A model generated the notes under the pieces. The model ran no database searches and was not told where the DNA came from. It saw only the letters and a program-made list of their open reading frames with translations. The position numbers and the translations under genes were made by a program. DNA of 64,000 nucleotides from Octopus sinensis (Eukaryota). The DNA lies in contig NC_043005.1 of NCBI RefSeq assembly GCF_006345805.1, positions 88,908,001 to 88,972,000 of the forward strand, given 5' to 3'. Below, piece by piece: positions 1 through 12,494 of this stretch. Every line of letters starts with the position of its first letter. Position 1 is the first letter of the stretch.

Positions 1-2130
1 CATTGGTAAAATGGAAAGATTAAAAATTGTGGTTGTAGTTGCTTTGCGCATTTCTCAATGTGTTCACTAAAAGGTATCATTCTATATTCTGGGAATGCAA
101 TCTGTTGTCGATGCAGTGTGCATCTACGTCTGAGTGATAGTCCCGTGGACCCCACGTAGTCTTGGTGGCAGCCCGAGCATTTAATGACATAAATTATGTT
201 TTCAGAGGCACAAGTAAAGTTAGATTTGATCTTGAATTTCTGTCCCTCTTTAAAGAAGAATTCTGATCCTTCCAATAGGTTAGGACATGTTGCACAGTTC
301 GATCTACCACATTTTTTTACTTTTGCATCCGTAATTTTAGAAGACAATTTTGCCTTTGTGAGAATCTTTTTAAGTGATTTAGGCTGTTTGTAGCTTTTAA
401 TGATTTGGTGTATGTTTAGAATTTCCTTTAATTTTGGGTTTTTATGAAGTATTGGTAAATTCTGGGTGATGATGGTGAAAGCTTCTTTGTTTCTGGGGTT
501 GTATGTAGATATGTAAGGTAGTATTTTCGGGGAAGGTGTGTTGTTGTGTTGAACTTTTCTTAAAGTTTCTATGTTGATTTCTGTTGCACGTCTGATCCCA
601 TCCTCTATGAGTTGCGTTGGGTAATGTCTGTCAATTAAGGTGTTTTTGAGTTCTTGCAGTCTGAAGTTCCTGGTGTTTTGTTCTGACACTATTGTGCATA
701 TCCTTCTTGCAAGGTTGAAGGGGATGTTTGTTTTAGTGTGTCTTGGGTGGCATGAACTAAAAAGAAGGTATTGTTTGGCGTCTGTGGCTTTGTAGAAAAT
801 GTCTGTTTCTATTTTAAGGTTAATTTTTTAATTAGTATATCCAAGAACGGGAGTTCCTTTGGTTGTATTCCATTGTGAACTGTATATTTGGGTTCATGCT
901 GTTCAATAGGTTTTTAAATTTTAAGAGTTTATCTGTGTTTTCATTCCAGAGAATAAAACAATCGTCCAAGAATCGTTTCCAGTTCTCTTTTATGTATTGA
1001 GAGAGGGGGTTTCCAAAGATTGATAAGGATTCCTGGTAAATGGTTATTTCCATGTATCCCATTGTTAAGTTCGCAATGACTGGTGCTGCCCTTGTACCCA
1101 TAGCAATTCCGGATTTTTGACGGTAAAATGTATTGTCAAACATGAAGTGGTTATTGTGTAGGATGAATTCAATTGATTTAGTAATGAATTCTTTACTGAT
1201 CCTTTTTGGTATTTCTTCCGGAAATTGGTCTAACCAGAACTGAATTGCTTCCAGTCCATAATTATGAGGTATACTGGTATACAAGTTGACTACATCAAAT
1301 GAAACCAGGATTGTTTCTTCCTTGGCTTTTTTTGGGAGGTGGTTTAACATATCTAAGTCATCTCTGATATGGCTATCGATATGTTTAAGGAAGGGTTTCA
1401 GGAGGATGTCCATAAGCAGACTTAGTCTGTGTGTTTCACAGGTTGGGCCAGCTACAATGGGTCGTAGTTTTAGGTCCCCCGGGTTGGGTGTGTGTATGTA
1501 TGTCTTTGGTGATTTTTTAATGGTTTCATTTATAATTTGACTTTTATGAATTTTTGGCAGACCATAGAAAAGGCTAGGTTTGCATTTGAAGTTTGTTAGG
1601 AAATCAATCTCTTTGGTTGTTAGTTCCTTTTCATGGGTTTTAATTAGTGAAGATAGAGTTTTCATTATTTTTTGTGGGGTGTAGTAGGTAATTTTTTCAT
1701 AATGTAGGTCGTCATCAAGCAAGGAAATTACAAGATTTCTGTAGTATGATGTATCCATTATTACAACTGCATTTCCCTTGTCTGCTTCCTTAATGGTTAT
1801 ATCCTCATCATTTTGAAGTTCTATCAGTTCTTTCCATTGTGTAGTGTTAAAATTTGGGTTAGCTTTCTGTTTATGTATAGTATGGTAGGGGAAGTTCTCA
1901 ATGTGGTTACAGAATTCGTCAAGATCTTTATTTCTTCCTCTGTGTGGGATGTGTTCACTTTCGTTCTTGACTAGTGATTCATCTTCAGTATTGAAACTGG
2001 TTGATGCTTCTGCTAGTCTTAATTTTCTGCAAAATTCTGTTATATTATCCTTGAGTTCATTTAGGTTTGCTCTGCGTGGAGTTGGTGTAAATTTGAGCCC
2101 TTTTGCGAGGATGTCAATTTTTATGTTAGA
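1..2130 (-). mobile_element. Penelope-like retroelement (RT + GIY-YIG), frameshifted, runs off the left edge
   Basis: ORF 832-2184 has ILAKGLKFTPTP, LRPIVAGP, SFDVVNLYTSIP, GIAMGT, WKRFLDDCF; frameshift near 850. Minus-strand 1-210 reads IIYVIKCSGCHQDYVGSTG...LHRQQI (GIY-YIG). Confidence 0.93.
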
Positions 2131-2598
2131 AAGAGGCTTCCAAATAGGAAAGCCTTGTACAAGAAAGAGCAGTAGAAAACTCAAACCACTAATTATGGAT
2201 AAATTCTCGAAAGGATTGAAAATTAAAAACGTTTACCATCTAATTTAGTTCCTAGACCATGGTTTCTAACTCATTCCAGTAAAAAAATATATTTACTGAG
2301 GCTAGTTTTCGTCAGTAGGGTGCCTTTAGATTTCAAATATACACACAACTAGATTCGCATGTAAACTAGTTGCCTGTATATCCTAATTTTTCAAAACAAC
2401 CGCGTCGATGCAGTTTATTTCCGGCGACAGAGAGGATGCCGGAAAATTTCGAACAAATCTATCAAAAAATATTTAAACATAATAAATAATATTAGGGTAA
2501 TAAGAATTAATAATTCTTATTCGAATTTATCCATAATTAGTGGTTTGAGTTTTCTACTGCTCTTTCTAGCACAAGGCTTTCCTATTTGGAAGCCTCTT
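2131..2598. mobile_element. MITE-like element with ~80-bp terminal inverted repeats capping the Penelope 5' end
   Basis: AAGAGGCTTCCAAATAGGAAAGCCTTGT...CCACTAATTATGGATAAATTC (from 2131) is the reverse complement of ~2520-2598; no clear TSD. Confidence 0.7.
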
Positions 2599-2680
2599 AA
2601 CGTGTTCTAATGTACATGATATTTTTATGTATGTATATATATATCATATATATATATCATATATACATCAAATATATATA

Positions 2681-4247
2681 TCTATATATATAAAACTGAG
2701 AATGTGTGTCTGTCTTTCTGTCTGTCTGTCTGTGTGTTTCCCTAAACCTTGAGAACTACACAAACAATTTCATTCAAATTTTACACATGCCTTACTTAGG
2801 GTCCATGTAGTTTCATGCGGAAAAATGTTCAACTTCTTACCTAGAGCGGGCCCATAGCAATATCATATCTTCTCCACTATTTCAGTATTACGTGTTAAAA
2901 GTGAAACAAAAACATTTCTCTATTTTATGTCAGATGCTTTGACTTTAACAATAAAAATAATAATAACAATGTAGTAAGTAATAATTAAAATCAAACTAAA
3001 GTATAATATTATCGTAACATAACAAAAGTAAAAATAACAATTGGTATAAAATTGCAACAATGACTTGAACTTGAATCAGTGGTTTCACATGAATGGGAAT
3101 AAATAAAAAATAAAATTTAAGTGCAGAAATGGAATAGTCCAGATGGAGGTGTGCACGGCTTTTACATTAGATTATTTGCTAATTAGCTAGCATTAAGTAT
3201 CAATATGAAGTTTGGCTGTATATAAGGTCTGTTTTCTCGAAAAATGCTTCTACTGAGTACCGCTGTTGGTTTATTTCTGATCCATAAAGGCCTATAGCTT
3301 CAACAGAGTACTGGTTTTTGGTTTACCGTAAGGTTTGTTGTCATTATTATTTCTGTTTAACTATTGTTATCACGTTTGTTGGTTCCTCGTAAGGGAAGCG
3401 TTGTTGTGTTGCATTTGTTAAATAATTGTAAACTGTAACCCTTCCCCTTTAGGAGAAGGAGCGTTGGTTATTGTTTAAAAATTGAATTGTGTCCCTGTTT
3501 GGGGAAATTGACAATATTTTCACCGTTTACACGGAAGCATTTTTGTTAAAATGTCTTCGATAGAAGAAAGTCCAAAAATGAATTTCGCTGCAACCGTCGG
3601 CGGGCGGCGAACTAATTAAAATTAAAATGGAAGAAATACAAACCTTTTTCGGATTGATCATCGACAAAGACGGTGAATCTAACACCACCAAACGAAATAA
3701 AAAATAAAATTAAAGAAAAGACTATTGCCTATAAAGTATACAATGTAGAGAAAAAAACGATTTGAACACCTGGAGGAAAGCACCATTGAAAAGTGTCTTG
3801 GTGCGATTATGGAAGATATCAAGTATCTAACCAAAGGCGGTAAATTCGCCACAATAGAAGCAAGGTTCGAGTCAACGGAGCATGCAAGGGAGTACTCGAC
3901 TCGAACTTTGCAAAGTGGAAATATTTTATTTTTACCTTTATATCTGGGACGTAGGACGTCCCGGATAAAAATTAAAAATGTCCCCCCCCCAGAGGTAGAG
4001 GTAGACTGGATTGTAGCCACACTTCTATACAAGAGGGAGGACAAGATCCAATTGATCGAAATTGCCAGAGATGGGCCTACAATTCCAGTCTGTTATATAT
4101 TTTGAGTATTGTTATCACTAGCGATATCAAGATATAACTTTGTATTTTATGTGTAGATGTATATATATATATAGATGTACATGTAATATGTAAACATACA
4201 TATATGCACTAGCACTATGACCCGGCAATGCCGGGTCATAATGCTAG
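2681..4247 (+). mobile_element. Non-autonomous Helitron
   Basis: A|TC 5' end (TCTATATATATAAAACTGAG), 3' hairpin GACCCGGCA-A-TGCCGGGTC followed by ATAATGCTAG|T; inserted between A and T in a TA tract. Confidence 0.7.
3551..4105 (+). pseudogene. Degraded LINE ORF1-like fragment inside the Helitron
   Basis: Broken frames MSSIEESPKMNFAATVGG.../...IKYLTKGGKFATIEARFESTEHAREYSTRTLQSGNILFLPLYLGRRTSRIKIKNVPP; parallels the ORF1 relic at 46860-48110. Confidence 0.45.
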
Positions 4248-4249
<2 letters not shown>

Positions 4250-4299
<50 letters not shown>

Positions 4300-4776
4300 T
4301 ATATATATATGTATATATATGTATATATATATATGTATATATGTATATATATATATGTATATATATGTATATATATATGTATATATATATGTATATATAT
4401 GTATATATATATGTATATATATGTATATATATATGTATATATATGTATATATATATGTATATATATGTATGTATATATATGTATATATATATGTATATAT
4501 GTATATATATATATGTATATATATGTATATATATATATATGTATATATATATGTATATATATATATATGTAATATATATGTATATATATGTATATATATA
4601 TGTATATATATATGTATGTATATATATATATGTATATATATATGTATATATATATGTATGTATATATATATATGTATATATATATGTATATATATATGTA
4701 TGTATATATATATATGTATATATATATGTATATATATATGTATATATATATATGTATATATATATGTATATATATG

Positions 4777-4807
<31 letters not shown>

Positions 4808-5056
4808 GTATATAATTATGTATATATATATATGTATATATATATGTATATATATATATATGTATATATATATATGTATATATATATATATGTATACATA
4901 TATATATGTATATATATATGTATATATATATGTATATATATATATGTATATATATATATGTATTATATATATGTATATATATATATAGACGTATATATAT
5001 ATGTATATATATATATATGTATATATTATATGTGTGTATATATATGTGTGTATATA

Positions 5057-5105
<49 letters not shown>

Positions 5106-5196
5106 GTGTATATATATATATGTGTATATATATATATATGTGTGTATATATATATATGTATATATATATATATGTATATATGTATATATATATGTA

Positions 5197-5245
<49 letters not shown>

Positions 5246-5260
5246 CATACATATACATAC
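4250..5260. repeat. ~1-kb compound (TA)n/(TATATG) microsatellite
   Basis: Direct reading; source of the YI/YM low-complexity ORFs. Confidence 0.97.
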
Positions 5261-5708
5261 ATGTATACAGGTACAGGGGAAAAATAACCAAAGTATAGCA
5301 AAATCCATATATTATATTTTGTATAATAAAAAGTAAAATTTAAAAATTTAAAATTAGATATAAGGACAAGATAACAAGAAGGATACATAAACCAATTTCA
5401 GCCCTAAAAAAGTAGATTATTTGTATATAAAATAGAAGCTTTATAATACTTCATCCTAGCAAACTTTAAGGTGGTCATGATAAAACCATTCAAACAAGGA
5501 ACCAAAATTACATTCAGAATTCATCCGAGAAGGAGGTACTCATTTTCTATTGACTGAAAACCAGGGTTCAAAGGCAAAACAATGAGAGAATTGACTCTAT
5601 AACAGATAAACTTATTTAAAAAATATAATTATATAAAAAATTCCAACATCATGAAAAATCTTAAAGGAGGTAAAGATATAAGAAAACATATATATATATA
5701 TATATATA

Positions 5709-6551
5709 AACAACTTATAAATGAGGGCAAACGAAAAAAATTTCTAATGCCAAAATTAGACACATTATCCATTACCATTATAATTTTTCACAATACGCAC
5801 GCTACTCCAAACTAACCATGAAATCGGTCCGATATGGTAATAATGGAATGTTTTAGAAATTTCTGTCGACCTTTTTGGGAGTAGCGTGCGTATTGTGAAA
5901 AAATTATAATGGTAATGGACAATGTGTCTAATTTCGGCATATTTGGCATTAGAAATTTTTTCGTTTGCCCTCATTTATAAGTTGTTTATAAATTTAACCT
6001 TTAAAAGTATTTTTTAATATGCTGGCCATTGATAAAAATTTATTTCGAAAAAATTTTATCCTACATTAAATATAAATTTAATAGTGTTCACTTCCGGACT
6101 CTCTCACTCTGTGAGAGCCTCAGTTCAAACCGCACGTTTCTCTAATGGGCTGGAGTATTTCTATTTTGGATGTATTTGGGGTACTTAATTGTGCTCGTGA
6201 CTTAGTTTTGCTTCTTCCATGGGTATGAGTAAGTATCTCATTTATTTCTTTGCCAAATTTATCACTGATGAAGGGAGGGTTCCTTTGAACTAACCCTGAA
6301 ATCGGTCCGATATGGTAATAATGGAATATTTTAGAAATTTCTGTCGACCTTTTTTTGAGTAGCGTGCGTATTGTGAAAAATTATGATGGTAATGGACAAT
6401 GTATCTAATTTCGGCATATTTGGCATTAGAAACTTTTTTCGTTTACCCTTATGTATAAGTTGTTTATAAATTTAACCTTTAAAGGTACTTTTTAATATGC
6501 TGGCCATTGATAAATTTTTTTTTCGAAAAAGTTTATCCTACATTAAATATA
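5709..6551 (+). mobile_element. Penelope-type terminal-repeat relic: inverted segment plus two direct repeats with a hammerhead-like motif
   Basis: 5810-6074 repeats at 6288-6551; 5709-5808 is the reverse complement of ~5878-5990; CTGATGA...GAAA motif at 6265-6301. Confidence 0.65.
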
Positions 6552-6553
6552 TA

Positions 6554-6626
<73 letters not shown>

Positions 6627-6629
6627 TAT

Positions 6630-6665
<36 letters not shown>

Positions 6666-6823
6666 ATATATATATGTATGTTGAGCTTCCTGATGATTTC
6701 TTTTGAATGAAACAGTTCTAGTCCTGTAGAAGCTCCTTCTATAAAATAAATTAATTTACTATGCTATGTATTGAGTACCTTATTTACTGTGGTTAACCCC
6801 GACTCAACCCGGGACCTACACAC

Positions 6824-6878
<55 letters not shown>

Positions 6879-6882
6879 TGAA

Positions 6883-6918
<36 letters not shown>

Positions 6919-6956
6919 TTAAATATATAATATATATATATGTATGTATTATTTAA

Positions 6957-6987
<31 letters not shown>

Positions 6988-7054
6988 GTATGTATTATTT
7001 AAATATATATATATATAGTATACATATATATATAATATATGTATGTATTTAAAG

Positions 7055-7088
<34 letters not shown>

Positions 7089-7092
7089 TTAA

Positions 7093-7166
<74 letters not shown>

Positions 7167-7190
7167 ATATCTACATACACACACACACAT

Positions 7191-7776
7191 ATCGTAACAT
7201 ATAATTGTCAACTAAGTGTGGCGTCCCCACACGGGACAGTGTTACTGACTTTCATAACCCCGGGAAGACATCTCTTCCAGCTGCCTAACGACAAACATTC
7301 TATGTCCGATTATTATTTGCGAGGGGAGGTCATCGCTCTCATCTCTAGCCTTACGTGATACACACGGACTCGAGTTTCTGGGCAATTACCCGTCCTTAGT
7401 GTGTGTTAATCACCAGCTAGTTGTGAAAACTCACCCCACTCGCAAAATACTATATGATTTTTCCAGCGAGAGTTCTTCGTTGATCTCGAAAAAGAAGTAA
7501 GCTGGAAAAAGCACATAGTATTTGCGAGTGGGGTGAGTTTTCACAACTAGCTGGTGATTAACACACGCTGAGGACGGATAACCACCCAGAAACTCGAGTC
7601 CGTGTGTATCACGTAAGGCTGGGGATTGAAGCGATGACCTCCCCTCGCAAATAATAATCAGACGTAGAATGTGTGTCGTTAGCCATCTGGAAGTGATGTC
7701 TTCCTGGGGCTATAAATGTCAGTAGCACTGTCGCGTGTGGGGACGCCACACTTGGTTGGCAATTATATGTTACGAT
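7191..7776. mobile_element. Foldback/MITE element, ~275-bp arms with ~33-nt spacer
   Basis: 7191-~7467 is the imperfect reverse complement of ~7501-7776 (e.g. TTAATCACCAGCTAGTTGTGAAAACTCACCCCACTCGCAAA in both orientations). Confidence 0.85.
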
Positions 7777-8041
7777 TTCGTATTGCTACTGTTTACATCT
7801 CGCTCAGAACTATATATATATATATATATAGTTGGAATTTACAAAAAACAAAAGACGAAGACAGGTGTGTCATCAACGAACAGGTGTATTAGTTTAACCC
7901 TCGGGAAGGTGGGAAAGTCTTTTACGTTTCGAGCCTTTGCTCTTCAACAGAAAGGAAAACGAGGAAATAAACAAAGAGAGAATAAAAAAGAAAACTTTAG
8001 TAGCTAGTGATCAATCATGTCGATGGCCTGACAGAGATGGT

Positions 8042-8112
<71 letters not shown>

Positions 8113-8124
8113 CATATATATTTA

Positions 8125-9014
8125 TTACATTGTTAAGAAAGTTCTTGGTCAAGTTATTGTTGCAAGTCATTGAAGCTGATCTAATGCAAACTGCACATCA
8201 ACTTGTGGTACAGTTTGGCATCTCCCATGTCATGATCATCAACCCCCTGCATCGTCTTGGCAAGGTCAGCAAGCTTGGAGAATGGGTGCCACATGAATTG
8301 ACTGAAGCGAACAAACGAGCACGTGTCACTGCATGTCAAAGTCTGCTCTGGCGAAGCCGAAGATTCGATTGGTTGGAGTCAGTAATCACTATGGATAAAA
8401 AGTGGGTACTGTACTCCAACGTGAGGTGCAGACGATCCTGGTGTAGCAAAGGTCAACAGCCAAAGCCTTCGCCAAAAGGACCGCTTGTGCAAAAGAAGGT
8501 TATGATCTCAGTTTGGTGTGATTGCCGTGGTGTGATTATGTTGGGTCTTCTCCCACGCAATACCACTGTTGACAAGGATGTCTACTGCAAACAGATCGAC
8601 CGTCTAAAGATCGCGCTGGCCGAAAAACGATCAAATTTGAAGAAGATAACTTACCACCAAGACAACGCGCCAGCACATCGTGCAAAGAAGACGTCCGAGA
8701 AGCTGAAGTAGGCGGGCTGGGTGATTATGGTGCACCCACCGTATTCTCCTGACTATAACTTATTCTCTGCCTTGTAACGCGCGATTGGCAATACAGAGTT
8801 CGAAAACGAAGATCTGAAATCGTTCCTTTACGATTATATTGATTCAAAGCAACGCGATTTCTGGATGAAAGGATTCAAAACTTTGCCTGAAAGATGGCAA
8901 AAGGTGATCGATAACGAAGGTGATTACCTTTTGGATCGATTGTTCTTTGTTGTTTTTTTAATTGTTAATAAAGTGATATGTTAAAAATGTCCGTGAACTT
9001 CCTCACCAAACTGA
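8125..9014 (+). mobile_element. 5'-truncated mariner (DD34D) transposon, inactive
   Basis: WVPHELTE, VITMDKKW, KKVMISVWCD, YHQDNAPAH, then TAG at 8709; HPPYSPDYNL lacks LAPS; ends ...CCTCACCAAACTGA|TA. Confidence 0.88.
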
Positions 9015-9335
9015 TATATATATATATAATATATTATATATATATATATATATATACAAAAATATCGTATATATATGTGTGTATATATAAAGAATATATT
9101 ATAATTATAAAATGTAATTATAAATAACTAAAAAATATAAATGTAAGTACCATATTGCATTATACCATACCATTCTTAACTGCAGAGAGAAGTTACAATC
9201 CCCTCCGCAAATCATAGAATGTTACACAAGTATATACGACGGTGAATAGGTATACAAAATATAAAATTTAATGATATAATATAATGTAAACTAATAGAAA
9301 TCACATGAAAATATAATATGAAGACGTATATATAT

Positions 9336-9369
<34 letters not shown>

Positions 9370-9635
9370 TTTCAAAATGTGTATATATATATATATAAAC
9401 ATTTTCAAAATGTATATATATATATATATATGTACACTTTGAAAATGGAACCACATGTGTATCATTGGCGATTTTTTCCTCCGTTTTCCTTTTCCCTTTG
9501 ACCTTCTTCCGTCGCCTGTTTCTGACGAAGAGCTTACTCGAAATGTCTGCTATACTTTGCATGTACAACGTTGTCGCGTTGTCGTTTTTTCTGTTTATTC
9601 CTCGTTTCTTTTTATTTACTATATATATATATATC

Positions 9636-9669
<34 letters not shown>

Positions 9670-10217
9670 ATATTAATATATATATATTATATACAGATAC
9701 ATATATTACCTAGAATTTCAAAGGAATTTATAAAATGATATTGAATAATTATAAGTAAATGAATAATAAGGATCGTCGTGGTATTCCAATACGTAAACTA
9801 AGAATAAAAAATAAGATGAGGATACCATGGGATAGAGTTTTTATAGAATATAATATTACAGGCTAGTATGAATTATTCAAAGCTTCTATTTTATATAAAA
9901 GTAATCTACTTTTTAGGACCCCTTACCTTGAACGGGCAGATCGAGAAATTAATTTTTTGTAACTAAATACTTTCAAACTTCGTATACTGGTAGAATGTCC
10001 CATATAAAACATCTTTTTACTATCAGTGTTGTTGAGAGAAAGTTTGTATTTCAAAGCTATTTCGTGTTAAAGTTGTCGTATTCGGTAATTTCAAAGAATC
10101 AATGAGGTGTATACAACTGAATAAAATTACTGCTGTTGTTTGTCAACAACCAACTTCCGGCGGTGTATATTTCGCTGTCACGTTATTATGACATCGTTTC
10201 GTGGTTTGTTTACTGGT

Positions 10218-10318
10218 TTTAGGTTTAGGGTTAGGGTTTGAGTTTTAGAGTTAGGGTTAGGATTAAGGTTGGGCTTGGGTTTAGGGTTAGGGTTGAGGGT
10301 TGGGTTTTAGGGGTTAGA
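10218..10318 (+). repeat. Degenerate (TTAGGG)-like tract within an interspersed repeat (~10050-10400)
   Basis: TTTAGGGTTAGGGTTTGAGTTTTAGAGTTAGGGTTAGGATTAAGG... Confidence 0.75.
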
Positions 10319-10464
10319 GTTACGAAGGACATTGTGAAAAATGAAGAAATTGAAATGGGGGGGAGGAGAAGGGGGGCAAACAAGACTTACCGAAAATAGT
10401 AGCTGAAAAAAAAGGAAAAATTCATCAACCATTAGTTTCTGTTGTTAAGATCAACAAAACTATG

Positions 10465-10620
10465 CAGTCATGGTTGTATGGTAAGAAGCTTGGTTCCCAA
10501 CCACACAGTTCCTGTTCAGTCCACTGCATGGCACCTTGGGCAAGTGTCTTTTATTATAGCCTTGGGCCAGCCAAAGACTTGTGAGTGGATTCAGTGGACA
10601 GAAACTGAAAGAAGCCTGTC
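10465..10620 (+). mobile_element. tRNA-derived SINE fragment
   Basis: TGGTAAGAAGCTTG...GTTCAGTCC head and GGCAAGTGTCTT...TTGTGAGTGGATT core recurring across the window. Confidence 0.75.
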
Positions 10621-10659
<39 letters not shown>

Positions 10660-10674
10660 AAGTAGTTGTTGATA

Positions 10675-11094
10675 CTGTCAATTTAATGTGACCGCCCATG
10701 AAGGGAATCACAACTACTGCTACTTAGCCCTAGGATGCAGCAACGCTTTCCTGTCGGCTTTGACACATTTCCTTTGTCTTTATGTTTACAAATGGGGAGA
10801 TAAACACCTCCCACCCAGCTAAGCCTGCAGCCAGAGACTAGTTCTGAGTCCTTGCTCATCATCAGTCTGGAGTAGCATGGCCTGCTTGTTGAGAGATGCC
10901 TATCTAGCTCTCTGTAAATATAAGAATTCAAGTGAAATAAATTCACTGATAAAAAAAATAGAAATAATACATTTCTCTTTTATCTCATAAGGACACGGAA
11001 ACGTGTTAAGGCCGACAGGAAGCGTTTGCTGCGTCCTAGGGCTGAATAGCAGTTGTATGATTCCATTCATGGGACTGTTACCCTAAGTTGACAG
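10675..11094. mobile_element. TA-flanked MITE (Tc1/mariner type), ~115-bp imperfect TIRs
   Basis: TA|CTGTCAA...TTGACAG|TA; arms 10675-~10790 and ~10985-11094 are inverted copies. Confidence 0.78.
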
Positions 11095-11157
11095 TATGCA
11101 ACTCCTTTATCGTATTACTACTGCATAAATCTCTCTAAGATATTTAGAAATGTTATT

Positions 11158-11231
<74 letters not shown>

Positions 11232-11386
11232 CTATATATAATATATATACATACAAAATTTAATTTTTAATTCTGTATATAAAAAAATTATTTTAAATCT
11301 CGGGATTTTTTAAAAAAAATATGCTATAGGCCACTGGTTTTATATGATTAATATATATTTTCTACCCGTATCAATTATTATATATT

Positions 11387-11417
<31 letters not shown>

Positions 11418-11419
11418 AT

Positions 11420-11945
11420 CTATATAGTTAAGTTAAGTTAATTTTTGGGCTCAAAAAGCAAAAGCAAGGCCATGTAGGGAGAATGGAGTTATGTACAGGG
11501 GTGTTCATGCAAAGAGTTCAGGCCATTTCTGGTCAAGAGAGACCTTGAACCGAGCGGTCGTCGGCATCTTCACTATCTCGTCCGGCAGCTTATTCCACGG
11601 ATCCGCAACCCTGACGGAGAAAGCCCTTCTCCTTCGATTGAGATGAAATCGTCGCAGATAGAGCTTTTCGGAGTGACTTCGCAGCCGACGCTCTGGGGCA
11701 GGAGTGAAGAACAGCTCTTTCGAGAGGTTACACTTTCCGCTTATGATGTTGTGAGCAAGAATGAGATCACCACGGCGTCGTCGTTTTTCTAGAGAATAAG
11801 GGTCGAGCGTCGTCGGCCTTTCTTCATAAGACAAATGCTTGAGACCAAGAACCATGCGGGTAGCTAGTTTCTGGACTCTTTCGGGATGATGTATGTCTTT
11901 GAGGAGATAAGGAGAAGAGGCTTGAATTCCGAACTCCAACACTCA
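11420..11945 (-). mobile_element. CR1-like LINE 3' fragment
   Basis: ERVQKLATRMVLGLKHLSYEER...YSLEKRRRRGDLI...FSVRVADPWNKLP; short (TTAAC)n tail at ~11420-11440. Confidence 0.85.
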
Positions 11946-12494
11946 TACATACATGCAAGTGTGTATCTATGTTTGCATTTATCCCCACCACTGCTTGACA
12001 ATAAATATTGGTTTGTTTATATCCATGCAACTCAGCAGTTCGGCAAAAAAGACTGATACAATAAGTATATTATCATTATCATAATGTAACCTCTGGTCTC
12101 CATGCCGGCATGATTCGGATGGTTTGATACGGAGCTGTCTGGATTCCAAATGTCGGTTGTGGTATGGTTTCTACGGCTAGATGCCCCCAAATAATAAGCA
12201 CTGGACTCGATAATTAATTCATCATGGCCACCTTTTAGTGACTGAAACAAGTAAAAGATAAAAGATTAGTCTACAGAAATACTGTGTCTTCTTTCTGCTT
12301 CCGTTTTTAATACTACGATGTTTTCCATTTTGATTCGCTAACTGTATAATCCCTATTCCGGTTATTGAGCCAAAACATATCCAAGTCGGGCACCAACTGC
12401 ATCACTTTTATCCATTTGGGAGATGGCATGCAACGAAAATGGACAACTTGCATTCTTCGCTGATAAATATATTTCGAAAATAAATCGTTTTTAA

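Noticed and set aside
4217-5388. Long ORFs (up to 356 aa) of YI/YM/HI repeats, and similar ORFs elsewhere
   Set aside because: Translations of (TA)n/(CA)n microsatellites that lack stops by composition.
5400-9930. ~55-bp inverted pair (5402-5460 and ~9860-9920) as TIRs of one 4.5-kb transposon
   Set aside because: Short, diverged, no TSD; more simply two copies of a dispersed repeat.
12032-12250. METRG as a possible PETRG terminal SLC22 exon
   Set aside because: No TM12, stop in the hydrophobic frame, and the sequence resembles a SINE/RTE tail on the plus strand.
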